Origin: a virus
Taxonomy: Duplodnaviria; Caudoviricetes
Direction: 5' to 3' (one strand)
Length of the DNA stretch: 54,707 nt
Virus record (IMG/VR): IMGVR_UViG_3300025809_000025
Coordinates: 1 to 54,707 of that record
In this document: piece after piece, positions 54,706 to 54,707 of the stretch
Position numbering within the stretch: position 1 is the first letter of the stretch
Layout of the letters: each line of letters begins with the position of its first letter
Made by a program: the position numbers and the translations under genes
The notes under the pieces: model-generated
The model's database searches: none
Told to the model about the DNA's origin: nothing
What the model saw: the letters and a program-made list of their open reading frames with translations, nothing else

Positions 54706-54707
54706 AG

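Noticed and set aside
54700-54707. Exact circular closure of the contig
   Set aside because: No terminal overlap is seen, and joining 1 to 54707 shifts the fibre reading frame.

Overview
This window looks like a nearly complete (~55 kb) genome of a temperate, short-tailed (podovirus-type) dsDNA phage, probably marine and probably infecting a proteobacterium. The host guess rests on IHF consensus sites at attP and CsrA-type GGA motifs. Both ends of the contig fall inside one modular tail-fibre gene. The minus strand carries the packaging, head, tail and ejection genes (terS, terL, portal, scaffold, MCP, adaptor, a 2643-aa LPD38-type protein, a 2028-aa repeat fibre) and a replication block (initiator with iterons, primase-helicase, nucleases). 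The plus strand carries an early operon (ArdC and small ORFs), a repressor, Sak/YqaJ/SSB recombination genes and a tyrosine integrase next to an intact attP formed from the 3' half of tRNA-Thr(CGT). The most striking signal is an apparent RNA-level control system in the early operon. It has two complete hammerhead ribozymes (type III at 13958-14013, type I at 15565-15622) bracketing the ArdC cassette, five covarying hairpins that sequester Shine-Dalgarno sites, three RNase III-like stems and CsrA-consensus GGA loops. A phage-encoded protein that resembles a single-chain tandem CsrA/RsmA sits at 25464-25865. Other notable items are an Ogg2/HhH-GPD-like domain inside the ejection protein, tandem pseudoknots upstream of the integrase, a recurrent operator motif and a cluster of tiny lysine-rich proteins. 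All protein family calls come from motif recognition by eye, not from database searches.
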